NCBI GenBank assembly: GCA_034435015.1
Contig: DAOTYH010000062.1
Coordinates: 1,219 to 65,218 of the forward strand
Source: Anaerolineae bacterium
GTDB lineage: Bacteria > Chloroflexota > Anaerolineae > Aggregatilineales > UBA3940
Direction of reading: 5' to 3'
DNA: 64,000 nt
Under the pieces are notes generated by a model, which worked only from the letters and a program-made list of their open reading frames with translations, had not been told where the DNA came from and ran no database searches. The position numbers and the translations under genes were made by a program. Within the stretch, counting starts at the first letter, position 1; every line of letters begins with the position of its first letter. Positions 55,930 to 64,000 of the stretch are shown in pieces.

Positions 55930-56769
55930 GTGGGCCTGCAAGAGATCGTATGGTCAATTGAGAATCTGCTGTCAAACTGGCAGAATGTCCTTGACATTTT
56001 GCTGGTAGCTTCTGTTTTCTTCTTGGTACTCCAGCTTGTACGTGGAACGCGTGCCGCAACATTGTTGCGCGGCATTGCGATTGTCTTGATCTTGGTCTGG
56101 ATGCTCTCCTTCCTCCTCAATCTGCGCGCCTTCTCATGGCTGTTGAGCCGGACCCTGACAGCCCTCTCGGTGGCCTTGCCAGTTATCTTTCAGGAGGAAC
56201 TGCGCCGCTGGTTGGATCGGGTAGGGCGATTCGTACCCTTTTTCCGCCGCCCATCGGCTGGCGGACAGGAGTATGAGGGGCTGATCGCCGAGATCTGCGA
56301 TGCGGCGCGGGTGTTGGCTCGCCGCCGGCATGGTGCGTTGATTGTCTTGGAGCGTGAGACGGGGTTGCAAGAGTACAGTGACCCCGGCGTCAAGATGGAT
56401 GCCGCTGTGTCCAGCGCGTTACTCCAGACCATCTTCTTTCCCAATACGGCTCTCCACGATGGGGCTGTCATCATCCGCGAGAGTCGGATCGTGGCCGCCG
56501 CTTGCACCCTGCCTATTTCTGCCGCCCGCCGTTTGCCGGATCGTCAGATGGGGTTGCGTCATCGGGCCGCACTAGGCATTTCTGAGGTCAGTGATGCCTT
56601 AGCCGTCGTAGTCTCTGAGGAGACAGGGCGCATCTCCGTTGTTGTGGGAGGGCGTTTCATCCGGGGGATTGATCCGGAGAGGCTGGCCATTATCCTTGGT
56701 GAGTACATCAAACAACAGCGGCCCTCGCGCCTCAGTTCATGGCTCGGCAATCTCCTTCGGGCGGGTTGA
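55930..56769 (+). CDS. cdaA: diadenylate cyclase CdaA (c-di-AMP synthase, membrane-bound)
   Basis: The GTG start follows GGAGAGG. Three N-terminal TM segments precede a DAC domain with HGALIVLE, LHDGAVII, MGLRHRAALGISEVSDALAVVVSEETG. Confidence 0.9.
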   Translation: MGLQEIVWSIENLLSNWQNVLDILLVASVFFLVLQLVRGTRAATLLRGIAIVLILVWMLSFLLNLRAFSWLLSRTLTALSVALPVIFQEELRRWLDRVGRFVPFFRRPSAGGQEYEGLIAEICDAARVLARRRHGALIVLERETGLQEYSDPGVKMDAAVSSALLQTIFFPNTALHDGAVIIRESRIVAAACTLPISAARRLPDRQMGLRHRAALGISEVSDALAVVVSEETGRISVVVGGRFIRGIDPERLAIILGEYIKQQRPSRLSSWLGNLLRAG

Positions 56770-56780
56770 GGATTTCCAGT

Positions 56781-58019
56781 ATGTTGAGCAGACTAGCCCA
56801 GTGGGCGCGTTCCAACCTCTCGTCGTTCATCTTGGCCCTGTTACTGGCGCTGGTTGTCTGGATCGTGGCCACTCAGGAACAAAACCCAATTGTGGAGATT
56901 GACTTCGGCACACCTGTCCCTATTGAGGTGACGGGGTTACAATCTGGTCTGGTTATTACCAATGACTACCCCCGCACTACGCAGGTCCGTTTACGCACAC
57001 AGCGGAATACGACAGGCTCAATTTCAGTGGACGATATTCTGGCAACAATTGATCTCAGCGGATTAGGCCCTGGTGTCTATCAGGTCCCGCTCCGTTTTCA
57101 AATAGCCACACAGGCTATTCTCGTATCAGCCAACCCTTCTCACATCCGCATCCAGATTGAGGAGGAGTATCAGCGTGAAGTACCTGTGCAGTTGGTATTG
57201 CAGGGTCAGCTTCCTGCCGGCTATCGGACGGGTGCTTACGCAATAGAGCCGGACAGCGTAGTAGTACGCGGCCCGCGCTCACGGGTTGAGATGGTCAGCG
57301 AGGTCAGAGCTGAGGTGTCGTTGGATGGCTTGCGTGAGTCGTTTCAGGGTCAGCTTTCCCTGAACGTGCTGGATGTGGAAGGAAATCTTGTCGAGGGATT
57401 GTCTCTGACACCTGCCAGTGTCAGTGTGACCATTCCGATCAGTCAAGAGGCAGGCTACCGGGATATTGCCGTTGTGGCGCGTACAATAGGCCGTCCCGCT
57501 CCCGGCTACTATGTTACTAGCATCACGGTTACCCCCCCGCTGATCACGGTGAGAGGGGACCCCCAGATCATCTCAAGCATGCAGCCCTACGCTGAGACTC
57601 AGACAATTGACCTGACGGGCCTTACAGATGACCTGATCACTCAGGTCACGCTTGATCTGCCATCCGGCGTAACCCCGATTGAGGCACGCAGTATCGAAGT
57701 GCTGATTTCGATTGCCGCCCAACTGGGGAGTCGTTCGGTCACTGCGTCTGTGCAGGCAATCAATCTGGGCAGTAATCTATCTGCTGACTTTTCGCCAGAG
57801 ATCGTCGAGCTGATTTTATCAGGCCCCTTGCCGGTTCTGGATGCCATAAACCCTGTGCAGGATATTCAAGTCACGGTCAATCTGGCGGACTTGGGGGCTG
57901 GAATCTATCAGATCAGGCCTGAAGTTCGGCTGTCACGCAGTGAAGTCTCAGTGGAGTCGGTATTGCCCATGCTGGTTGAAGTGCAAATTACCTCCGGTAC
58001 ATCGCAGGGGAATCAGTAA
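56781..58019 (+). CDS. cdaR: CdaR (YbbR-domain) regulator of CdaA
   Basis: ATG at 56781 lies 12 nt after the cdaA stop. An N-terminal TM segment is followed by about four beta-rich ~90-aa repeats. Position and architecture match YbbR/CdaR. Confidence 0.7.
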   Translation: MLSRLAQWARSNLSSFILALLLALVVWIVATQEQNPIVEIDFGTPVPIEVTGLQSGLVITNDYPRTTQVRLRTQRNTTGSISVDDILATIDLSGLGPGVYQVPLRFQIATQAILVSANPSHIRIQIEEEYQREVPVQLVLQGQLPAGYRTGAYAIEPDSVVVRGPRSRVEMVSEVRAEVSLDGLRESFQGQLSLNVLDVEGNLVEGLSLTPASVSVTIPISQEAGYRDIAVVARTIGRPAPGYYVTSITVTPPLITVRGDPQIISSMQPYAETQTIDLTGLTDDLITQVTLDLPSGVTPIEARSIEVLISIAAQLGSRSVTASVQAINLGSNLSADFSPEIVELILSGPLPVLDAINPVQDIQVTVNLADLGAGIYQIRPEVRLSRSEVSVESVLPMLVEVQITSGTSQGNQ

Positions 58020-58024
58020 ATCAC

Positions 58025-59383
58025 ATGAGCAGTTACCCGCTGGTGGCACTGGTTGGCCGGCCTAATGTCGGCAAGTCTACTCTGTTTAACCGCATAGTCG
58101 GCGGACGGCGGGCTGTCGTCCATGACTCGCCCGGCACAACACGCGACCGGCAACAGGCCGAAGCAGAATGGAACGGCGCCATCTTTACGCTGGTAGATAC
58201 AGGCGGGATTGAGCCGCTTCATGTTCTTTCTGGCGGCGGGGAGCCGCTGGCGCAGGACTCGGCCCAGTTCCTTCGGGAGATCAGAGAGCAGGCGGAGATC
58301 GCCATTGCAGAGTCAGACGCAGTTGTGTTGGTGGTTGATCTGGAATCCGGCCTTACGGCCGCAGATGAGGAGATCGCGGAGGTACTTCGACGGGCCGGCA
58401 AGCCGGTTATCGTTGCGGCCAGCAAAGGTGAGAACGCCTCCCGCCGTGAGGCTCTGGCAGAGTTTTACAGGCTGGGCTTCGAAGAGTTGTATGCGGTCTC
58501 TGGATTACATGGCACGGGGGTAGGCGACCTGCTGGATGCGGTGGTCAGCGCATTACCGCGTAGACCTCAGGAGGAGATACCGGATACATCGCTCAAGATT
58601 GCAATTGTCGGCAGGCCTAATGTGGGTAAATCCTCTCTATTGAACCGGATATTAGGGGAGGAGCGGGTCATTGTCAGCCCTGTTCCGGGTACAACCCGTG
58701 ATGCGATTGACACCCGCATTGTCTGGCAGGGACAGCCCATTACATTGATTGATACGGCGGGCATCCGGCGGCGGGGACGGATTGACCCAGGCGTTGAACG
58801 ATACAGCGTCCTGCGGGCCTTGAAGGCCATCAAGCGGGCAGATGTAGCATTGTTGCTGGTGGATGCAACCGAAGGCGCCACCGCTCAGGATGCGCATATT
58901 GCCGGTTTCATCTTAGAAGAAATGAAAAGCGTTATTGTGCTGGTCAACAAGTGGGATGCTGTTGAGAAGGATACCCACACCATCGAGGCCTATACGTCAC
59001 AGGTTCGTGATACGCTTAAGTTCTTGAGCTATGTGCCGGTACTCTTTGTCTCAGCTAAAACGGGACAGCGCGTTCACCGCGTGATCCCGTTGGCTGTGCA
59101 GGTACGTGAGGAGCGGTTGGCTCGTATCCCCACCGCTGAGGTCAACCGCTTGGTCCGTGATGCAGTTGCCCGTCAATCACCTCCTTCAAAGGGGGGAAAA
59201 CGATTGAAGATTCGCTATGCCAGTCAGGTAGCAACCGATCCTCCCAAGTTTCTATTCCACGTCAATGATGTGAGTCTGGTGCATTTTTCCTACGAGAGAT
59301 ACTTGGAGAACCAGATACGGGCTGTGTACCCCTTCACCGGTACACCGATCCAATTGGAGTTCCGGGCGGCAAGGGAAGATTGA
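58025..59383 (+). CDS. der: ribosome-biogenesis GTPase Der (EngA)
   Basis: Two tandem GTPase domains (GRPNVGKSTLFNR and GRPNVGKSSLLNR, each with DTGG/DTAG and NKxD) are followed by a KH-like C-terminus. Confidence 0.9.
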   Translation: MSSYPLVALVGRPNVGKSTLFNRIVGGRRAVVHDSPGTTRDRQQAEAEWNGAIFTLVDTGGIEPLHVLSGGGEPLAQDSAQFLREIREQAEIAIAESDAVVLVVDLESGLTAADEEIAEVLRRAGKPVIVAASKGENASRREALAEFYRLGFEELYAVSGLHGTGVGDLLDAVVSALPRRPQEEIPDTSLKIAIVGRPNVGKSSLLNRILGEERVIVSPVPGTTRDAIDTRIVWQGQPITLIDTAGIRRRGRIDPGVERYSVLRALKAIKRADVALLLVDATEGATAQDAHIAGFILEEMKSVIVLVNKWDAVEKDTHTIEAYTSQVRDTLKFLSYVPVLFVSAKTGQRVHRVIPLAVQVREERLARIPTAEVNRLVRDAVARQSPPSKGGKRLKIRYASQVATDPPKFLFHVNDVSLVHFSYERYLENQIRAVYPFTGTPIQLEFRAARED

Positions 59384-59401
59384 TACCGCCTCTGGTTTGG
59401 C

Positions 59402-60256
59402 TTACTTTCTTGCGGCCCAGTCCCGTAGGTACAAGAAGTCATGGCCTATGGTGCGCTGAGATAATTTCATGACAATGGGCAGACGGCGCTTGTAGTGCAT
59501 CCGGCGGACCGTTTGCCATACCTTGCGGACAAAATCAGGGGGGAAGCCTGCCTCAATGGCTTCTTCTAGTTTGTAGCGCCGATCCACCAGCAGGTAGAGG
59601 AGCTGATCAACCTCATCGTAGGTGTATCCCAACTCACCTTCATCAGTCTGGCCAGGCCATAGATCGGCAGAGGGGGGCTTGGTGATAATTTCCTCCGGCA
59701 CACCAACCGCGCGAGCAAGTTGCCGCACTTGATATTTGTACAGGTCGCCAATGGGATGGATGGCGGCGGCGTTGTCGCCGTACAACGTCGTATATCCCAG
59801 AAGCGACTCCGTTTTGTTGCTTGTCCCCACTACCAGGCCCCCGAAAGCTACTGACTGATCGAACAGGATGATCATGCGCTGGCGGGCCATAATGTTGCCT
59901 GCCCGCAGAGGGGTGATGTCAGGAAAGCGGGCCAGCAGGGGGTCAACCATCGGTGTGATCTCAACCACATCATGCCGGATACCCAGCTTCTCAACCACCA
60001 GCTTGGCGTGGTCAAGGCTGATCTGGGCCGAGCTTTTATAGGGCATCAGGAGGGCAAGTACATTCTCTGGACCCAGCGCCTCGGCAGTAAGGTAAGCCAC
60101 CAATGCCGAGTCTACCCCGCCAGATACACCCAGCACAGCACGGCTGAACCCTACCCCTACGATCTCCTCGCGGATGAAATCTACAATCAGGCGCCGGGCC
60201 AGTGCTGTGTTGATGTCCAGATCATGCAGGAACTGGGAAATCGCCACGACCTCCAC
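59402..60256 (-). CDS. nadE: NAD+ synthetase (synthetase domain only)
   Basis: 284 aa with the PP-loop GVSGGVDSALVA. There is no fused nitrilase domain. Confidence 0.85.
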   Translation of the reverse strand: MEVVAISQFLHDLDINTALARRLIVDFIREEIVGVGFSRAVLGVSGGVDSALVAYLTAEALGPENVLALLMPYKSSAQISLDHAKLVVEKLGIRHDVVEITPMVDPLLARFPDITPLRAGNIMARQRMIILFDQSVAFGGLVVGTSNKTESLLGYTTLYGDNAAAIHPIGDLYKYQVRQLARAVGVPEEIITKPPSADLWPGQTDEGELGYTYDEVDQLLYLLVDRRYKLEEAIEAGFPPDFVRKVWQTVRRMHYKRRLPIVMKLSQRTIGHDFLYLRDWAARK

Positions 60257-60286
60257 CTTTCGCAGTGATGGGTTGCCGGCAGGCTG

Positions 60287-61132
60287 TCATTCTAGGATAC
60301 GGGTTAGGATGCGCATGGTGAGCGCCGTCCGTTCATCACGCAACAGAGGTAAGCGGGCCCGTGTCCGATGTAGCTGATTCAAGTCAACCGGCACAACGAG
60401 AAGTTCTTCGCCATCATAGGCCGCCTGAGCCAACAGCTCACCGTCCGGGTCATAGACCATAGACCCTCCCCAGAAGTTGAACCCATCCTCAAAACCAACC
60501 CGATTGGTATGCGCAACGAAACAGGTGAACAGGCCGGCATAAGCCTGAGTGACTCGTTCGACCCAACGTGAGCTGGCTAGCTTCTCGTGCCGGTCGAGGC
60601 CGCGCCCCGGGCTAGCTGATGCCAGCAACAGAATGTCAGCTCCATCCAGCCATAGCAGATAAGGGGGACTGGCGTGCCAGAAGTCTTCACAGATTAATAT
60701 CCCCATTCGGCCAAAGCGTGTATCGAAGGCACGCACATCATCGCCCCATGCAAAATAGCGTCCCTCATCAAACAGGCTGTAGGTTGGCAGGTAACATTTG
60801 CGGTGAACATGAACTAGCTTTCCCTGACTGAGATAAGCCGATGCAATAAAAAAACGGTGACGGGCATCTTCTTCAACGAAGCCTACCATCAGATCAAGGT
60901 CATGGCTGGCTCTGTAAAGCGGCTCAAAGACGGGGTGATCGGCGGCAGGACGGATTGCCACCTCATAGGTGAGGTCCTGCAGGTTATAGCCTGTCAGCGA
61001 AAGCTCAGGGAAACACAACAGTTGGACACCCTCTTGGCGAGCCTGCTCGATGTAGGCCAGATGTTTTTGCAGGTTGGTCTGCACATCCCCCAGCACAGTT
61101 TTGATCTGGGCTAGACCCAATATCAGTTGCAT
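60287..61132 (-). CDS. carbon-nitrogen hydrolase (nitrilase superfamily); candidate stand-alone glutaminase subunit for NadE
   Basis: The Glu-Lys-Cys triad context is present: CFPELSLTGY, HRKCYLPTY, ILICEDFWH. It lies directly upstream of nadE on the same strand, with a 30-nt gap. Confidence 0.75.
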   Translation of the reverse strand: MQLILGLAQIKTVLGDVQTNLQKHLAYIEQARQEGVQLLCFPELSLTGYNLQDLTYEVAIRPAADHPVFEPLYRASHDLDLMVGFVEEDARHRFFIASAYLSQGKLVHVHRKCYLPTYSLFDEGRYFAWGDDVRAFDTRFGRMGILICEDFWHASPPYLLWLDGADILLLASASPGRGLDRHEKLASSRWVERVTQAYAGLFTCFVAHTNRVGFEDGFNFWGGSMVYDPDGELLAQAAYDGEELLVVPVDLNQLHRTRARLPLLRDERTALTMRILTRILE

Positions 61133-61146
61133 AGGTCTCCTTTAAA

Positions 61147-61953
61147 CTATAATGCGTTCGTTGTTTCCGGCTGAGAAGGAGTTCTTGTCAGTTGGCCGGC
61201 GGCTGAGGATAGTAGCGTGCCAAGCAGCCCTGCTGTGGCAATAGCCAGATCGAGGACCTGATCAAGGCGGAGAGTGCCCACCGAGAGGGCCGCATCACCG
61301 CGCGTGAATCCAATGCCAAAAGAACCCGCACCGAGCAGTATCAGCACCAGCCAGAGCCTCACGCCGGGGCGGCGGATCAGCTTAGTCATCAGCACAACGC
61401 CCCCTGCTAGTAGTACTCCCCATACTATACCGTATAGCTGGCTTGCCAGACGCGGTGCGACGATGCCATAGAGATCAGGTAGCTCAGCCGCAACAAGCGG
61501 AGGGTAACCTGCCAGCGTTTCGACCTCCCGCCCATATCCACAGCGTGCCATCAGGCAACCGGCATAAGCAAAAACAGCTCCTATCGGCAGGATCAGGGCC
61601 AGCGTATCTGCGATCTGCCGGAAGCTCAGACGGCGCACGGCGCAGAAGATCGCCAGGCCGGCTAATCCTCCAGCAACAGCCCCATGCCAGCCTAGCCCCC
61701 CGCGCCACAGTTGGACTATCTCGTCAGCATGGCCGGAGAAATACTCCCAGTGAATCAGGATATGCTCCACACGCCCCATGACGATACCCCCTAGCAGGGC
61801 ACTGAGACCTGCATCCAGCCAAGCGACTGCCTGTTGTTCTGTGCGCCAGCCCTGCCATGCCAGCGCTCCCAACCCGCCCAGAATGGCCAGATCGAGTAAC
61901 ACCGTGTAGGTCTGTATAACAATGGGGCCGATCCTCAACAACTCTGGCATCAT
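61147..61953 (-). CDS. lgt: prolipoprotein diacylglyceryl transferase-like membrane protein
   Basis: The start is ATG at 61953; the ORF-track start at 62028 is TTG. The sequence shows RIGPIVIQTY, LWRGGLGWHGAVAGGL and ARCGYGREV, which resemble Lgt blocks. The protein is ~268 aa and polytopic. Confidence 0.5.
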   Translation of the reverse strand: MMPELLRIGPIVIQTYTVLLDLAILGGLGALAWQGWRTEQQAVAWLDAGLSALLGGIVMGRVEHILIHWEYFSGHADEIVQLWRGGLGWHGAVAGGLAGLAIFCAVRRLSFRQIADTLALILPIGAVFAYAGCLMARCGYGREVETLAGYPPLVAAELPDLYGIVAPRLASQLYGIVWGVLLAGGVVLMTKLIRRPGVRLWLVLILLGAGSFGIGFTRGDAALSVGTLRLDQVLDLAIATAGLLGTLLSSAAGQLTRTPSQPETTNAL

Positions 61954-62049
61954 GTTGCGATCATACCAGCGTAGCAGGATGTCGTGCAAACCTCCTCTTG
62001 CCAGCTCCTCTGAACAGCCTATAATCAAGCCCGCTGTTCGGATGCAACG

Positions 62050-62970
62050 TTGATATGCAAAGAAATGAGCTTCCGGATGAATGAGGCAGACAGAGGCAGC
62101 CTATCGGATACCACACAACCTGCGCCTGCTCCTAGGGTTTCGCTGAGGCAACGTCTGATACCGCCCCCGGATCGCTTGCTCTGGGTTGCGGCAATGGCGT
62201 TGCTTGTCGTGACGGCTGTATGGGCCTACTTCACACCGCCTGGCCTGCTGGGACGAGCCGATGCTATAGGTTATGCGGTCTGCCATCGTATAGCCGTGCG
62301 TTCGTTTGCCTTCCCTGATGGGCGTCAGCTTCCGATGTGCGCCCGTTGTTCTGGGACATTTCTGGGGGTACTGATCGGCCTGCTGGGGCCGGGCTTCATC
62401 CTCCGGCGGCGCCGTGCCGGCCTTTTCCCCCCGCCTGCCGTGATAGCAGTACTGATCGGCTTCAGCCTGTTCTGGGCCTTCGATGGAGCTAATTCATTTG
62501 TTCATCTACTGCCGCCAGCTCTCCCGCGCTTGTACACTCCTACCAACTTTCTGCGCCTGCTGACAGGGATGCTTCATGGTATTACGATGGGAAGCCTGCT
62601 CCTGCCGGTGTTGAATGCTGTGTTATGGGCCAATGTCACACCGGAGCGCACTATTGAGAATGCTGGTCACCTGCTGGTCCTGATGGGGATAGGCGGGATC
62701 GTGATCGGGATGATATTGAGCGGTCTGGCGGTTTTCCTGTACCCGCTGGCCCTGTTGAGCGCAGTAGGGGTGCTTTCTATTCTGGGGACGGTGTGTACCG
62801 TGTTGCTGACAACCTTACTGGGTTATGAGAACAAGGCCCGCTCCCTGCGCGAGGCGCTCCCTCTGCTCTTGTTAGGTTTAACGTTGGCGCTTATCATGAT
62901 TGGCGGAGTAGACGCTCTTCGCTTTGCTATGTTCAAGACGTGGGAAGGATTTGTATTTCCCAGCGCGTGA
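62050..62970 (+). CDS. DUF2085-family membrane protein
   Basis: AVCHRIAVRSFAFPDGRQLPMCARCSGTFLG matches the CH...RSF...CARC-G signature of DUF2085. The start is uncertain: TTG at 62050, or ATG at 62065 or 62077. Confidence 0.6.
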   Translation: MICKEMSFRMNEADRGSLSDTTQPAPAPRVSLRQRLIPPPDRLLWVAAMALLVVTAVWAYFTPPGLLGRADAIGYAVCHRIAVRSFAFPDGRQLPMCARCSGTFLGVLIGLLGPGFILRRRRAGLFPPPAVIAVLIGFSLFWAFDGANSFVHLLPPALPRLYTPTNFLRLLTGMLHGITMGSLLLPVLNAVLWANVTPERTIENAGHLLVLMGIGGIVIGMILSGLAVFLYPLALLSAVGVLSILGTVCTVLLTTLLGYENKARSLREALPLLLLGLTLALIMIGGVDALRFAMFKTWEGFVFPSA

Positions 62971-63056
62971 ACCCGTCTGATGCTAAACTGCAACTACGCT
63001 GGTGATAGATGCGTATGGATTAAAAGGGGAGTTATTGTGAAAGGCGGGTATAACAA

Positions 63057-63614
63057 ATGGTAGGGATATTTTCAGCCTTTGGTCTCTCGGCCAGCGCAGG
63101 GCTTAATGCCTATCTGCCCCTGCTGATTGTCGCAGTATGTGCCAAGATCGGCATCTTTACCCTGCAAGAGCCTTTTGATGTCATGACCAGTTGGTGGGTG
63201 ATCGGGGTATTGAGCGTCCTGTTGTTGATCGAAATCTTTGTAGACAAAGTCCCCGCTGTAGATACGGTCAATGATGTGATCAATACCGTTATTCGTCCGG
63301 CGGCAGGGGCGATCCTCTTCGCCGCCAGCGCAAATATCGTCACCGATGTCAGCCCGGTCTTGTCTGTCATTCTTGGGCTTCTGGTAGCAGGAGGAGTCCA
63401 TTTTGCTAAGGCCTCGGTCCGGCCTGCTATAACGGTGACTACCGGTGGAACAGGCAACGCAATTGTGAGCACAGTGGAAGACGTGATCTCCGGCATCACT
63501 GCTCTGGTTTCGATTGTGTTGCCGTGGCTCGTGATACTGGTAGCAGTGACAGGGATTGTCATATTCTTGAACTGGCGTTTAAAACAGGCAGAGCGCCGAG
63601 GGGCGAAGCCTTAA
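63057..63614 (+). CDS. DUF4126-family membrane protein
   Basis: 185 aa. GLNAYLPLLIVA, DKVPAVD and four TM segments are characteristic of DUF4126. Confidence 0.6.
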   Translation: MVGIFSAFGLSASAGLNAYLPLLIVAVCAKIGIFTLQEPFDVMTSWWVIGVLSVLLLIEIFVDKVPAVDTVNDVINTVIRPAAGAILFAASANIVTDVSPVLSVILGLLVAGGVHFAKASVRPAITVTTGGTGNAIVSTVEDVISGITALVSIVLPWLVILVAVTGIVIFLNWRLKQAERRGAKP

Positions 63615-63695
63615 CAGGGGAGAGCGTCATAAGTGCGCTCCCCCCTCTAATAAAAGATTAGTCGCTATATCAGTTAATATCATTACTTACTAAGA

Positions 63696-64000
63696 GTTTC
63701 AGTACCCTCAGTCGGGTATTAGTCCTCTGCAACGGCGGCGGCCCCTGCCGTAAGCCGCCGGTACCCATGCGTTTCAGTACCCTCAGTCGGGTATTAGTCC
63801 TCTGCAACACTGGCCAGGTCCGGGGCCGGCAGGCCTGACCAGCCTGCGTTTCAGTACCCTCAGTCGGGTATTAGTCCTCTGCAACTGAAATCCGTATACG
63901 CTGTGACCAAACCACAACACCCGTTTCAGTACCCTCAGTCGGGTATTAGTCCTCTGCAACTTATTGGAAAGTGGATCAACTGAGACCAGCATCCGACGTT
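63696..64000. CRISPR. CRISPR array, truncated by the window end: 4 identical 38-nt repeats and 3 complete spacers (37, 39, 37 nt) plus 40 nt of a fourth
   Basis: The repeat GTTTCAGTACCCTCAGTCGGGTATTAGTCCTCTGCAAC occurs at 63696-63733, 63771-63808, 63848-63885 and 63923-63960. The spacers are unrelated to each other. Read on the minus strand, the repeat is GTTGCAG...GGGTACTGAAAC, ending in the common ...GAAAC 3' handle. No cas genes occur in the preceding 63 kb. Confidence 0.9.

Noticed and set aside
63617-63645. Terminator hairpin after the DUF4126 gene (GGGGAGAGCG...CGCTCCCCCC)
   Set aside because: The stem is imperfect (a mismatch or bulge) and no U-tract follows. It is too weak to annotate as a feature and is mentioned only as part of the CRISPR-flanking region.
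63783-63992. 69-aa minus-strand ORF with an internally repeated peptide (QRTNTRLRVLKR...)
   Set aside because: It is simply a translation of the CRISPR repeats. The periodic peptide repeat mirrors the 75-77-nt repeat-spacer period.

Overview
GC-rich bacterial chromosomal segment. The gene content looks Chloroflexota-like (WD40, TPR and PD40-kinase proteins, several LysM/M23 wall hydrolases, archease with RtcB), but that is inference only. I support about 50 protein-coding genes. I found no rRNA or tRNA genes, and no transposase, integrase or obvious prophage.

Most of the window is housekeeping:
- radA, glgP, kbl and ptsI
- an ECF sigma/anti-sigma pair
- a yvcK-gap-pgk-tpiA-(membrane protein)-gpmA glycolytic operon with a near-consensus promoter
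- tsaC, prmC, a ROK glucokinase, cdaA-cdaR and der
- a split nitrilase + nadE pair, and an lgt-like gene

The main candidate for an undescribed system is an 11-gene minus-strand operon at about 1.3-14.3 kb. In transcription order it encodes:
- a SorC regulator
- ascorbate-type PTS EIIA and EIIB
- a GH42 glycosidase
- PTS EIIC
- a ketose-3-epimerase-like TIM barrel
- a domain-permuted DhaL-DhaK kinase
- a FucI-like isomerase
- a class-II-aldolase fold that appears to have lost all zinc ligands, fused to a C_GCAxxG_C_C domain
- a form-IV RuBisCO-like protein reading KDDH instead of KDDE
- a URO-D-family enzyme

This combination matches none of the RLP contexts I know, nor the canonical ula regulon.

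The window ends in a CRISPR array of four identical 38-nt repeats with no cas genes in view. Other points worth a second look:
- an archease-RtcB pair
- a three-domain M23 wall hydrolase
- a degenerate M50-like membrane protein inside the glycolytic operon
- a 13-bp long-range inverted repeat in a 330-nt noncoding gap
- a recurring extended -10 motif (TGCTAnAnT)

All functional calls come from reading motifs in the translated ORFs by eye. No database search was possible.
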